DNA from: Candidatus Micrarchaeota archaeon
GTDB taxonomy: Archaea; Micrarchaeota; Micrarchaeia; Anstonellales; Bilamarchaeaceae
Assembly (NCBI GenBank): GCA_964434735.1
Contig: CAYSWK010000005.1
Span: 1-55,432 of the forward strand
Length of the DNA: 55,432 nt
Reading direction: 5' to 3'
Position 1 is the first letter of the stretch. Each line of letters starts with the position of its first letter. A program made the position numbers and the translations under genes. Shown here one piece after another: positions 9,139 through 18,067 of the stretch. Under the pieces are notes generated by a model. The model was not told the DNA's origin and did not search any database. It worked only from the letters and a program-made list of their open reading frames with translations.

Positions 9139-10568
9139 GTTTTCTTTTTCTTTTCCTGGAATAAATGAATTGCTCTTCCAAGTGCAGTCTCGGCAGCCTC
9201 GGAAAGTGCTTCAGGAAACGTTGGATGGGGGTGTATCGTCAATGCTAAGTCCTCAAGCGTGAAACCCATTTCTAAGCCTAAAGAGGCTTCTGAAATCAAA
9301 TCAGATGCATGGGCGCCGACAATGTGAATGCCAAGTATCAAACCTTCTTTTGTTGAAATAATTTTTACAAACCCTGTTGATTTGTCAACGCTCACTGCGC
9401 GGCCAAGGGCCGTGAAGGGGAACTTTGCAACTTCAGGAAAATGCCCTTGCGCTATCGCTTCCTGTTCGCTTAATCCGACGGTTGCGATTTCAGGGTCTGA
9501 GAATATGACTGCAGGAACTGCATGCGGGTCATACGCAGACGGCATGCCGCATATCGCTTCTGCCGCAACTTTTGCTTCTAAAAATGCCTTGTGGGCAAGC
9601 ATTGGGTCTCCCGTAATGTCTCCGATTGCATAGATGTGCGGGTTTGACGTTTTTCGTTGCTGATCTACCATCACAAATCCTTTCTCGTTGATTTTTACGC
9701 CGCTTCTTTCCAGCTGTAGATTGTCCGTATTTGGTTTTCTTCCAATCGCAACAAGCAGTTTTTCAGCCTGGCAAACAGTGAATTCGCCTTTTTGATTTTT
9801 GAGCATTACCTCGACATTTCCCTTGGTTGTTTTGACTCGCTCAACCTGGGTTCCCTTATGGCTTGTAATATTCATTTCGTTCATACGGTCCTCAACCGCA
9901 TCAAGCAGGTCTGCGTCAACGTTGCGTGCGAAAACGCTTCGCGATACCATAGTAACCTTTGTCCCAAGTTTTGCGAACATGGCGGCGTTTTCAAGTGCGA
10001 TGAACCCTGCACCTATAATAATCATTGATTTTGGAACTGATTTGAGCTTGAGTGAGTCCGTAGAGTCTATTATTTCCTCATGGTCAAATGCCGCACCGTC
10101 ATAGTGTTTGGGGCGTGAACCTGTTGCAAGTACGCAATTCTTGAAGTCAAGCGTGACGAACCCTTCTTCCTTTTGGATATGGATTCGTGTTTGGGATTCA
10201 AAGGTAGCAGTTCCGTATATCACGTCTATATTGTGTTTTTTCAAAAGGAACTCAACGCCATTTCGAAGTTTTGCAACATTTGCGTTTTTCCATTCCATGA
10301 GCTTTTGAAAGTCAATTTTTGCACCTTGGACTGTTATTCCCATGTTTGAAAGTTTTGGTATCTGGGAATACTGGTTTGCAGCATAGATGAGCGCTTTGGT
10401 GGGTATGCATCCCCAGTTGAGACAAATTCCGCCGATTCCTTTTGGGTCTTTTTCTATGAGTACGACTTCTTTTCCAAGCTGGGCTAATCGAATGGCGGCA
10501 ACATATCCTCCTGGGCCGCCTCCAATAACGACGCATTCGACTCCGCGTGCAATATCTCCCATGACCAT
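9135..10568 (-). CDS. lpdA: Dihydrolipoyl dehydrogenase (E3)
   Basis: GGGPGGY, GGICLNWGCIPTK, IHPHPTFPE. Confidence 0.97.
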   Translation of the reverse strand: MVMGDIARGVECVVIGGGPGGYVAAIRLAQLGKEVVLIEKDPKGIGGICLNWGCIPTKALIYAANQYSQIPKLSNMGITVQGAKIDFQKLMEWKNANVAKLRNGVEFLLKKHNIDVIYGTATFESQTRIHIQKEEGFVTLDFKNCVLATGSRPKHYDGAAFDHEEIIDSTDSLKLKSVPKSMIIIGAGFIALENAAMFAKLGTKVTMVSRSVFARNVDADLLDAVEDRMNEMNITSHKGTQVERVKTTKGNVEVMLKNQKGEFTVCQAEKLLVAIGRKPNTDNLQLERSGVKINEKGFVMVDQQRKTSNPHIYAIGDITGDPMLAHKAFLEAKVAAEAICGMPSAYDPHAVPAVIFSDPEIATVGLSEQEAIAQGHFPEVAKFPFTALGRAVSVDKSTGFVKIISTKEGLILGIHIVGAHASDLISEASLGLEMGFTLEDLALTIHPHPTFPEALSEAAETALGRAIHLFQEKKKKT

Positions 10569-10585
10569 AGTTATTCCTTTGTAAA

Positions 10586-11887
10586 TTAATCAATCTCAAG
10601 CAAAAGCAAATTCGGATCTTCCAGGTGCTTTTTCACTTCATTTGCAAACCTGGCCGCATATGCGCCGTCTGCAATGCGATGGTCAAACGTGAGTGAAATG
10701 TTCATCATTTTTCGTATTACTATTTGACCCTCACGAACGACCGGCTTATCCTCTATTTTTGACATTCCAAGTATTGCGCATTCTGGATAATTTAAAATGG
10801 GCGTTGCAAACTCCCCGCCAATGCTTCCGATGTTTGTGATGCTGAACGTGCTTCCTCTCAATTCGTCAGGTTTGATTGACTGGTTTCGCGTTCGTGTTGC
10901 CAAATCCTCAATTTCTTTTGCAATAGTAAGTATACTTTTCCAATCAACATTTTTTACTACCGGAACTTTCAAGCCCTCTTCAGTATCAACCGCAATTCCT
11001 AAGTGATAATTTTTCTTAAGCACGATTTCCAGCCGTTCCTCATCAATCATGGCATTCATGTAGGGGAATTTCTTGAGCGCAATCTCGCAGGCACGTGCAA
11101 CAAACGGCAAGTAAGTGAGTTTTACTCCCTTTTCAAGCGCTTTAGGCTTCATTGCCTCGCGGATTTTCACCAGTTCAGTGATGTCGATCGAATCCATGTG
11201 AGTTACCATCACCGTTTTCAAGTGCGACATGACTAAATGGTCAGTGATTTTCTTTCGTATGCTTCGAAGCGGTACGCGCTCGTCATTTCCGGTGTTTTGA
11301 ATGGCTGTTTTTGGAAGTTCAGCAGGTTGTTTTTCAGGCATTGACATTTCAGCCTTTGGTTCCTCGCGTGAGGCTGTTTGTGCGTTTTCTTTCATTTTTC
11401 GTACGTCCTGCTCAGTTATTTTTCCAAGCTCTCCCGTTCCTTTGATTTTTGAAATATCTACTCCCAGTTCGCGTGCCACTTTTCGGACAAAGGGCGATGC
11501 AAGAACTGTTGAAGGTTGTGCGTTTTGATTTTGAGAATATGTTTCCTGTGCGGCGGGTTTTGTTTCAACAATTCCTTGTGCGCGCTCGGCTTCTTTTCGT
11601 TCCTCTTCTTTTATAGGTTCAACCTTTGGAACTGAGGGCTCTATTTCAGAATCCTCCTTGATGGTAATGATTGTCTGTCCGGTTTTTGCACGTGTTCCTT
11701 GCGGGACATTGATGGATACAACAAGCCCTTCTTTTGGCGTTGGAATTTCAACAACGGCCTTGTCCGTCTCCACTTCAGCAATTGCCTGGTTTTTTTGCAC
11801 CCGGTCGCCTGCTTTGACAAGCCATTTCTTTATCTCGCCTTCATGGATTCCTTCTCCAAGATCAGGAAGCTTGAATTCAAACGGCAT
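10586..11887 (-). CDS. pdhC: Dihydrolipoamide acyltransferase (E2), single lipoyl domain
   Basis: LPDLGEG, ETDKA lipoyl Lys, ASPFVRKVARE E3-binding domain, DHRIADG. Confidence 0.96.
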   Translation of the reverse strand: MPFEFKLPDLGEGIHEGEIKKWLVKAGDRVQKNQAIAEVETDKAVVEIPTPKEGLVVSINVPQGTRAKTGQTIITIKEDSEIEPSVPKVEPIKEEERKEAERAQGIVETKPAAQETYSQNQNAQPSTVLASPFVRKVARELGVDISKIKGTGELGKITEQDVRKMKENAQTASREEPKAEMSMPEKQPAELPKTAIQNTGNDERVPLRSIRKKITDHLVMSHLKTVMVTHMDSIDITELVKIREAMKPKALEKGVKLTYLPFVARACEIALKKFPYMNAMIDEERLEIVLKKNYHLGIAVDTEEGLKVPVVKNVDWKSILTIAKEIEDLATRTRNQSIKPDELRGSTFSITNIGSIGGEFATPILNYPECAILGMSKIEDKPVVREGQIVIRKMMNISLTFDHRIADGAYAARFANEVKKHLEDPNLLLLEID

Positions 11888-11938
11888 GCAAGACGCACGC
11901 AGTTCACTGTTTTAAATCTTGCTTGTTTTTTTGCAAGC

Positions 11939-12403
11939 ATGGAATCCCGTTTCATGCAGGCTGCCCTCAAGGCCGCGTATCGTGGAATTAAAAAAGGAAA
12001 TTCACCCTTCGGTGCCTGCATTGTGAAGAATGGGAAAATAGTCACTGCACTCCATAACGTCGTTTGGCAAACAACGGATATAACTGCACATGCAGAAATC
12101 CATGCGATTCGTGTTGCCTGCAAGCTGCTTAAAAAAATCAAGCTTGACGGCTGTGAGATTTATTCGACAACCGAACCCTGCCCCATGTGCTTTTCGGCAA
12201 TCCATTGGGCGGGAATTAAAACCATTTATTTTGGAACTTCGATTTCAGACGTCAAGAAGCTTGGGTTTTCTGAACTTACTCTTTCAAACAAGGAAATGAA
12301 AAAGAAGGGAAAATCAAGCGTGAAAATTGTTGAGGGTCTTGAACGCGACGCCTGCCTTGAGCTTCTTAAAACATGGAAAAAAGGCAAAGGGAAGACCTAT
12401 TAG
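11939..12403 (+). CDS. Nucleoside/guanine deaminase (CDA fold)
   Basis: PFGACIV, HAE, EPCPMC; start set at MESRFM (11939) rather than the overlapping longer ORF. Confidence 0.9.
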   Translation: MESRFMQAALKAAYRGIKKGNSPFGACIVKNGKIVTALHNVVWQTTDITAHAEIHAIRVACKLLKKIKLDGCEIYSTTEPCPMCFSAIHWAGIKTIYFGTSISDVKKLGFSELTLSNKEMKKKGKSSVKIVEGLERDACLELLKTWKKGKGKTY

Positions 12404-12447
12404 TTTAGTGACACCTTTTTATATAGTACCAGAAACAAACACATTTT

Positions 12448-12789
12448 ATGAACGCAATTCACGTACGCACGCAAAGAGGGCCTTCTCAGCCGCGAACTGA
12501 ACGCGTATCATTAGCTTGTTTTCTTTTAGTTGAACCTCGATCTGCACATAAAGACGTTCCGGAGTGGGTTAAACAAATTCCACTTCCGGTGATTGTTGAT
12601 AGGTTAAAACGCGATAAAGAACGTCGTCAACCCGAAGCCCCCCAACCCGAATTAAGGATTCCTCTTGAGGAACCTCGTCCACGAAGAGATCAGCGAGACG
12701 AGCCCGAAGAACCCCGTTCGAGAGTAGTCATTATCGCCCCCGATGAGGATGATTCAGAAGGTTCGGGAGTTAATATTATTCAGTTGTGA
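12448..12789 (+). CDS. Hypothetical protein, Pro/Arg/Glu-rich and probably disordered
   Basis: 113-aa ORF filling the gap; TTTTTATATA upstream. Confidence 0.55.
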   Translation: MNAIHVRTQRGPSQPRTERVSLACFLLVEPRSAHKDVPEWVKQIPLPVIVDRLKRDKERRQPEAPQPELRIPLEEPRPRRDQRDEPEEPRSRVVIIAPDEDDSEGSGVNIIQL

Positions 12790-12828
12790 CCTCTTCTTTT
12801 TTATTTCCCGCCTTATAGGGTAGTATGT

Positions 12829-13323
12829 ATGAGGGTTGCAAGTACACCACGTTTACTTACTCATGAATTGTTTCCTTTTGAGGGACGCCGTCCGCTTGTT
12901 GATTTGGCAAAGTTAAAACGGGTTGAGTTTGACGATGGTCTTTCTTTTTGGCTTACAGCTCCAGGAAATTCATTTGATCTTGCGTATCATGCATTAATTG
13001 CTCTTTTTGAACATCGTGCATTAGTTGTTGAACGGACTATTCTTACGGGTGCTTTAGATCAGTCCTTTGAACTGGCTCCCGATTTGTTCGGGTTTAAACC
13101 TGTTGAGTTTTTTAGAGTAGTAAGGGTGTTTTCTCCTTCGCCGGGATTTTCAAAGGAAGTTCAAGAAAAACAAGGAAAAATATTGCTTTACAAAGACGCG
13201 GAGGATATGCCGTCACTTCTTGTTTGTGTCCCACGATTTATGGAAGCAAGACGAACGATGGAAGATGCATTGAGCATCGTACTTAATCCATTGCGTTTTG
13301 ACTCGATTCCCCTCTATTCCTAG
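12829..13323 (+). CDS. Hypothetical protein
   Basis: 164-aa ORF converging on pdhB with overlapping stops. Confidence 0.6.
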   Translation: MRVASTPRLLTHELFPFEGRRPLVDLAKLKRVEFDDGLSFWLTAPGNSFDLAYHALIALFEHRALVVERTILTGALDQSFELAPDLFGFKPVEFFRVVRVFSPSPGFSKEVQEKQGKILLYKDAEDMPSLLVCVPRFMEARRTMEDALSIVLNPLRFDSIPLYS

Positions 13324-14297
13324 TTCTTCATGACTTCCTTGATTGCCATTTGTATTTTTGTTGAATTCGGCATGAAATAATCTTCAATCCTTGGTAGAGG
13401 CGTTGGAACGTCATATCCAGTTACGCGTTTTATCGGCGATTTAAGTGAAAATAAACTGGTGTCTGCAATGTATGCGGCGATTTCCGCGCCTATCCCCAGG
13501 TTGCGCGGTGCCTCATGCACGATGACCGCACGTCCTGTTTTCTCAACCGATTTTTTTATCGCAGCAAGATCAAGGGGCGCTACGGTTCGAAGGTCAACAA
13601 TTTCCATGTTAACTTCTTTCATTTCTTCTTGTGTTTTCAAACATTCGTGGACCATTGAGCCGTATGTAAATAGGGAGACATCCGTTCCTTCTTTCACTGT
13701 TTTTGCCTCGCCAATGGGCACCGTATAAAACTCATCAGGAACCTCTTCCTTGAATGCACGGTACAATTTTTTCGGTTCAAAGAAGACCACAGGATCATCT
13801 CCCGTTATTGCAGAAAGCAAAAGCCCTTTGGTATCATACGGATTGGATGGAATTACGACTTTAACTCCTGCAATGTGCGCGTAGAACGTTTCAGGCGCAT
13901 CGGAATGATGTTCAAGTGCGCGTACCCCTCCGCCATAAGGAGTTCTCATGACGAGCGGACAGGTAAATCTCCCTCGTGAGCGGTTTCGCATGCGTGCAAT
14001 ATGTGAAAGTACTTCATCAAATGCAGGAAAGGTAAATCCTTCAAACTGGATTTCAGCAACCGGGCGAAGGCCATACACCGCCATCCCAACCGAAGTGCCC
14101 ATTATTCCGCCTTCTGAAAGAGGAGTATCAATAACTCTCGTCTCTCCAAATGCCTGTAAGAGGCCTTGGGTTGCGCGAAAGACGCCGCCATCAACACCGA
14201 TGTCCTCACCAAGTATGACAACGTTTTCATCACGGGCCATTGCAACGCGTAATGCGGAATTGACTGCTTCGACCATATTGAGTTTTGCCATTGCCAT
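13320..14297 (-). CDS. pdhB: Pyruvate/2-oxoacid dehydrogenase E1 beta
   Basis: GEDIGVDGGVFRAT, DTPLSE, AEIQF, EHHS, FFEPK. Confidence 0.97.
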   Translation of the reverse strand: MAMAKLNMVEAVNSALRVAMARDENVVILGEDIGVDGGVFRATQGLLQAFGETRVIDTPLSEGGIMGTSVGMAVYGLRPVAEIQFEGFTFPAFDEVLSHIARMRNRSRGRFTCPLVMRTPYGGGVRALEHHSDAPETFYAHIAGVKVVIPSNPYDTKGLLLSAITGDDPVVFFEPKKLYRAFKEEVPDEFYTVPIGEAKTVKEGTDVSLFTYGSMVHECLKTQEEMKEVNMEIVDLRTVAPLDLAAIKKSVEKTGRAVIVHEAPRNLGIGAEIAAYIADTSLFSLKSPIKRVTGYDVPTPLPRIEDYFMPNSTKIQMAIKEVMKN

Positions 14298-15382
14298 TAC
14301 CTCGTGATTCCTTTAGATGCTGAAAGGTATTCATTGAATTCCTTCATTTCCTCAAAGAGGAGTTGCGTTGGTTTTGCGTATACGAAGTTGAACATATCAA
14401 GCGGGTCATCCTTGGAATTTTCCGCTTCCGAAATCGCTTTTTCAAGCTGCTCATCAATTGTCTTTGCGACTTTTGCCTCGAATCCTTCGGGCAGGTAACC
14501 TCTTCGCAATAAGTACATTTTGAATCGTTTTAATGGATCGCGGTCTTCCCAGTATTTTACTTCATCATTAGTACGATAGCGTGTAGGGTCATCTGCAGTT
14601 GTGTGCGGGCCCATCCGGTACGTGACTGCTTCAATGAGTGTTGGACCTTCGCCGTTTCGTGCTTTTTTGAGTGCATATTCGCATGCTGAATAAACGGCTA
14701 AAATGTCATTCCCGTCAACTTGGATCCCTTCAAATCCGTAGGCAAGCGCTTTTTGTGCAATGGTTTTTGAGGCCGTTTGTTTTTTGCGCGGAATTGAAAT
14801 TGCGTATTGATTATTTTGGCAGAAAAATACCAATCCCGGTTTGAAAACACCTGCAAAATTCATCGCCTCATGAAAGGCACCTTCAGAAGTTGCCCCGTCG
14901 CCAATGCATACCATTCCTGCGCACGGATCTTTTTTGATTTTTGCAGCCCACATGGTTCCTGCAGCATGCAGTGTTTGAGTTCCTAAATCGATAATGATGT
15001 TGTAATTTTTTTGGTCTTTTGGAAGATGTGCTCCCCATTCGGAGCCCATCCAGTACCTGAACAAAAGCGATGCGGGAACGCCGCGGTACATCAATGATCC
15101 GTTTTCTCTATACGTAGGGAAGAACCAATCTGTTTTTTCAAGCGCATGTACGCTTCCAATTTGTGATGCTTCTTGGCCTCGAAGCGGTGCAAAGGTAAGC
15201 ATCCTTCCCGAGCGTTGCAACTTCATTGCCTTTTCGTCGAATGCACGTGCAACAAGCATTCCAAGATACATTTTAATGAGCTCGTCCTTTGGAAGGTCAG
15301 GATCCATCCCAACGTCAGCATTGCCGTCCTTATCCAGGACCTGCATATAGCGTACCTTCCCTTCAAAGACGATTTCTTCCAT
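14297..15382 (-). CDS. pdhA: Pyruvate/2-oxoacid dehydrogenase E1 alpha
   Basis: GQEASQ, GDGATSEG...NNQYAIS TPP motif, YRMGPHTTADDPTRYR. Confidence 0.97.
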   Translation of the reverse strand: MEEIVFEGKVRYMQVLDKDGNADVGMDPDLPKDELIKMYLGMLVARAFDEKAMKLQRSGRMLTFAPLRGQEASQIGSVHALEKTDWFFPTYRENGSLMYRGVPASLLFRYWMGSEWGAHLPKDQKNYNIIIDLGTQTLHAAGTMWAAKIKKDPCAGMVCIGDGATSEGAFHEAMNFAGVFKPGLVFFCQNNQYAISIPRKKQTASKTIAQKALAYGFEGIQVDGNDILAVYSACEYALKKARNGEGPTLIEAVTYRMGPHTTADDPTRYRTNDEVKYWEDRDPLKRFKMYLLRRGYLPEGFEAKVAKTIDEQLEKAISEAENSKDDPLDMFNFVYAKPTQLLFEEMKEFNEYLSASKGITR

Positions 15383-15501
15383 GCGACAAGTAAGGAACTA
15401 AAAAATATAAACAATCGTTTTGATTTTCTTAAGGTTGCTTTGCAAAAAGTAATGCTCTTAAACTATTTACCACACTAGGTATTGCCGTAACGTGATGACT
15501 T

Positions 15502-16398
15502 ATGGCAACTCTTATACGTGCAGTTCCAGTATTAGACGATAAAGGAAAATCAAGGAAATTTTCATGGCAGCAGGCATTTGAAGCGGCAAAACTAGATGGA
15601 TTAGCAACGCCAAAAAAATGGGCTGATTTTATTTTTGGATTGTCCACTTCTCCTTCACTAGAAATGAATAGATATGGGTCTTTTTGGACCAACGTATGGG
15701 TCGTGAGTACAAGTTTTAGCAGGCGAAACAGGGACGACCCTATTGATGAGACTCATGAGGATTCAGATAGGGTTGCAAGGACGTATCGTTTAAGCGGTTC
15801 GGATACCACCCAGTTTGATCCTCAAAATACGAGAAAAACCATTTCAGTTTTTGCCGTTCAACCAAGACGTTTGGTCCCTAGAGACAGTTGTATTTACCTT
15901 GATCCTGCACATATTGAGATGATTACGCTTCCAAGGCTCGAGTCTCATTTGCGTAGTTTTGAAGTTGCAGTTGGTGTTTCTGGAGATATTGATGCGCACG
16001 GATTCCCGTACGAATTTGAAGCAAAAAAACGAAAACGTGGCGGTCAGGGAGATGCCTGTGCACAAATTATCTATCCTAATACAGGCACTTTTGTTCGCCC
16101 TATTATAGTAATGCCAGGTGCTGTGGGCGGAACTAGTTCGTCCGGTCATAGCGGATCTGAAAATATACGTTACCGTATTTCAGCAGTTTCCCCTTCAATG
16201 CAGGCATCGATTGCGCATTTTGAAAGTTATGATTCCGATTCGCGCGTAGTTCGATTGCATCAAATTCCTGATGGAATACATGATGCGGTTGAAGGAACGT
16301 TCTTGAAAGGAGTTTCACGTGAAGAGTTGGCACGGCTAGTTACCTTAGTGGAAGGAAACCCTCTTCAACTGCGGAAATTGCTTAATATTTTACAATAA
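15502..16398 (+). CDS. Hypothetical protein
   Basis: 298-aa ORF divergent from pdhA, followed by an oligo-T tract. Confidence 0.7.
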   Translation: MATLIRAVPVLDDKGKSRKFSWQQAFEAAKLDGLATPKKWADFIFGLSTSPSLEMNRYGSFWTNVWVVSTSFSRRNRDDPIDETHEDSDRVARTYRLSGSDTTQFDPQNTRKTISVFAVQPRRLVPRDSCIYLDPAHIEMITLPRLESHLRSFEVAVGVSGDIDAHGFPYEFEAKKRKRGGQGDACAQIIYPNTGTFVRPIIVMPGAVGGTSSSGHSGSENIRYRISAVSPSMQASIAHFESYDSDSRVVRLHQIPDGIHDAVEGTFLKGVSREELARLVTLVEGNPLQLRKLLNILQ

Positions 16399-16461
16399 CT
16401 TTTTTCTTTTTGTATTTTCTTAACGCTTTTATTCCTTCTTTTCCTAGTCTCTTTGATCTGT

Positions 16462-17697
16462 ATGAAAATCACTTCTGTTTATGCCAGGCAAATTCTTGAT
16501 TCACGGGGAAACCCGACTGTTGAAGCAGAAGTCACTGCCAAGGAAGGCGTATTCAGGGGCGTAGCTCCAAGCGGGGCATCAACTGGCATCCATGAGGCAA
16601 TCGAGCTTCGTGATCGTTTGGAAAAACCGTACAATGGAAAAGGCGTTTTGCAGGCGGTAAAAAACGTCAATGAAATCATCGCGCCCGCATTGAAAGGAAA
16701 AACGTTCAAGGCGCAATTTGAAATAGACCAGATTATGCTTGAGCTTGACGGGACGCCAAACAAGTCAAAATTGGGCGCAAACGCAACCGTTGCCGTAAGC
16801 ATGGCAGCAGCGCGAACGTTGGCCGCATCAGCAAAAAAACCCTATTGGCAGTATTTAGGCGGATCCTCAATCCCAAAACCGATGTTCAACATCGTAAACG
16901 GCGGAAAGCACGCAGGAGGAAAATTGGCAATCCAGGAATTTATGATCATGCCTCAAGGTAAAACGATGGCGGAATCATTACGGATGGCAGCGGAAATTTA
17001 TCACATTTTAGGAAAACGGCTTGAGAAAAAATGCGGCCCAAGCGCACGAAACGTCGGCGATGAAGGAGGGTTTGCGCCCCCCTTGGATACGACTGAAGAA
17101 GCACTTGTTGAAATTCTTGCAGCCTGCGAAGAGGCAGGCTATGGCCATTCGGTGCAACTTGCCATGGACTGTGCGGCAAGCTCGTTTTATGATTCATTAA
17201 GGCGCTCATACACTATTGATGGAAATCAGATTTCAACCGGGCAGCTTCATGCTTACTACTTGGATTTGGTAAAACGATTTCCTATCACAAGCATTGAGGA
17301 CCCGTTCCACGAGGATGATTTTGCAGCGCATGCGGAATTTACCAAAGCAGTAAAATCAAAGGTGCGCGTAGTTGGTGACGATTTATTGGTTACAAATCCC
17401 AAACGGATCGTGAGTGCCATCCAGTTCCAGGCATGTACTGCGTTGCTATTAAAAGTAAATCAAATCGGCACGGTTACTGAAAGCCTTGCTGCATCGGAAT
17501 TATGCAAGAAAAACAATATGGAAGTCATTGTTTCGCACCGAAGCGGGGAAACGGAAGATACGTTTATTGCTGATTTTGCAGTCGGCATCAATGCTCAAGG
17601 GATAAAGACCGGTGCTCCCGCGCGCGGAGAACGTACTGCAAAGTACAATCAGCTTTTGAGGATTGAAGAAGCACTTGCAAAGCCCGTAAAGAAATGA
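16462..17697 (+). CDS. eno: Enolase
   Basis: DSRGNPTVE, PSGASTG, GDEGG, VGDDL, SHRSGET, IKTGA; start set at MKITSV. Confidence 0.98.
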   Translation: MKITSVYARQILDSRGNPTVEAEVTAKEGVFRGVAPSGASTGIHEAIELRDRLEKPYNGKGVLQAVKNVNEIIAPALKGKTFKAQFEIDQIMLELDGTPNKSKLGANATVAVSMAAARTLAASAKKPYWQYLGGSSIPKPMFNIVNGGKHAGGKLAIQEFMIMPQGKTMAESLRMAAEIYHILGKRLEKKCGPSARNVGDEGGFAPPLDTTEEALVEILAACEEAGYGHSVQLAMDCAASSFYDSLRRSYTIDGNQISTGQLHAYYLDLVKRFPITSIEDPFHEDDFAAHAEFTKAVKSKVRVVGDDLLVTNPKRIVSAIQFQACTALLLKVNQIGTVTESLAASELCKKNNMEVIVSHRSGETEDTFIADFAVGINAQGIKTGAPARGERTAKYNQLLRIEEALAKPVKK

Positions 17698-17701
17698 TTC
17701 T

Positions 17702-18058
17702 ATGATTTTTGGACTTATTGCATTTGCAAGCGGCATACTAGGAGGCATCGGCAATATCATTGCCGTAATAGGTGCTTTTTCACATTCGCTTTTTTTCATG
17801 GTGCTTGGCGCCGTATTAGTCATCATGTCAGAATGTTTTTCACTCGTTGTTTTTTGGCACCAAGATGAGTTGCACAAGCGCGAGTTTAAGCGCAACCTTT
17901 TTGGCAACATCGGTTCTGCGCTTGCATTTCCTCTCCTTCTTGGACTTCTTGTTTTCATGTCGCCGCAAGGAAAGGACCTTTCATTTGCAGGAACAGTGGG
18001 GGTGCTCGCTCTTTTTAAAAGCGTTTCCATAGTAATAAAAGCAACTACGACGGATTGA
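17702..18058 (+). CDS. Small membrane protein (3-4 TM)
   Basis: Hydrophobic 118-aa ORF between eno and the AAA gene in a tightly packed run. Confidence 0.7.
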   Translation: MIFGLIAFASGILGGIGNIIAVIGAFSHSLFFMVLGAVLVIMSECFSLVVFWHQDELHKREFKRNLFGNIGSALAFPLLLGLLVFMSPQGKDLSFAGTVGVLALFKSVSIVIKATTTD

Positions 18059-18067
18059 GGATTCCTT

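Noticed and set aside
11699-11938. N-terminal extension of the deaminase ORF in the track
   Set aside because: Overlaps pdhC on the opposite strand; family similarity starts at MESRFM (11939).
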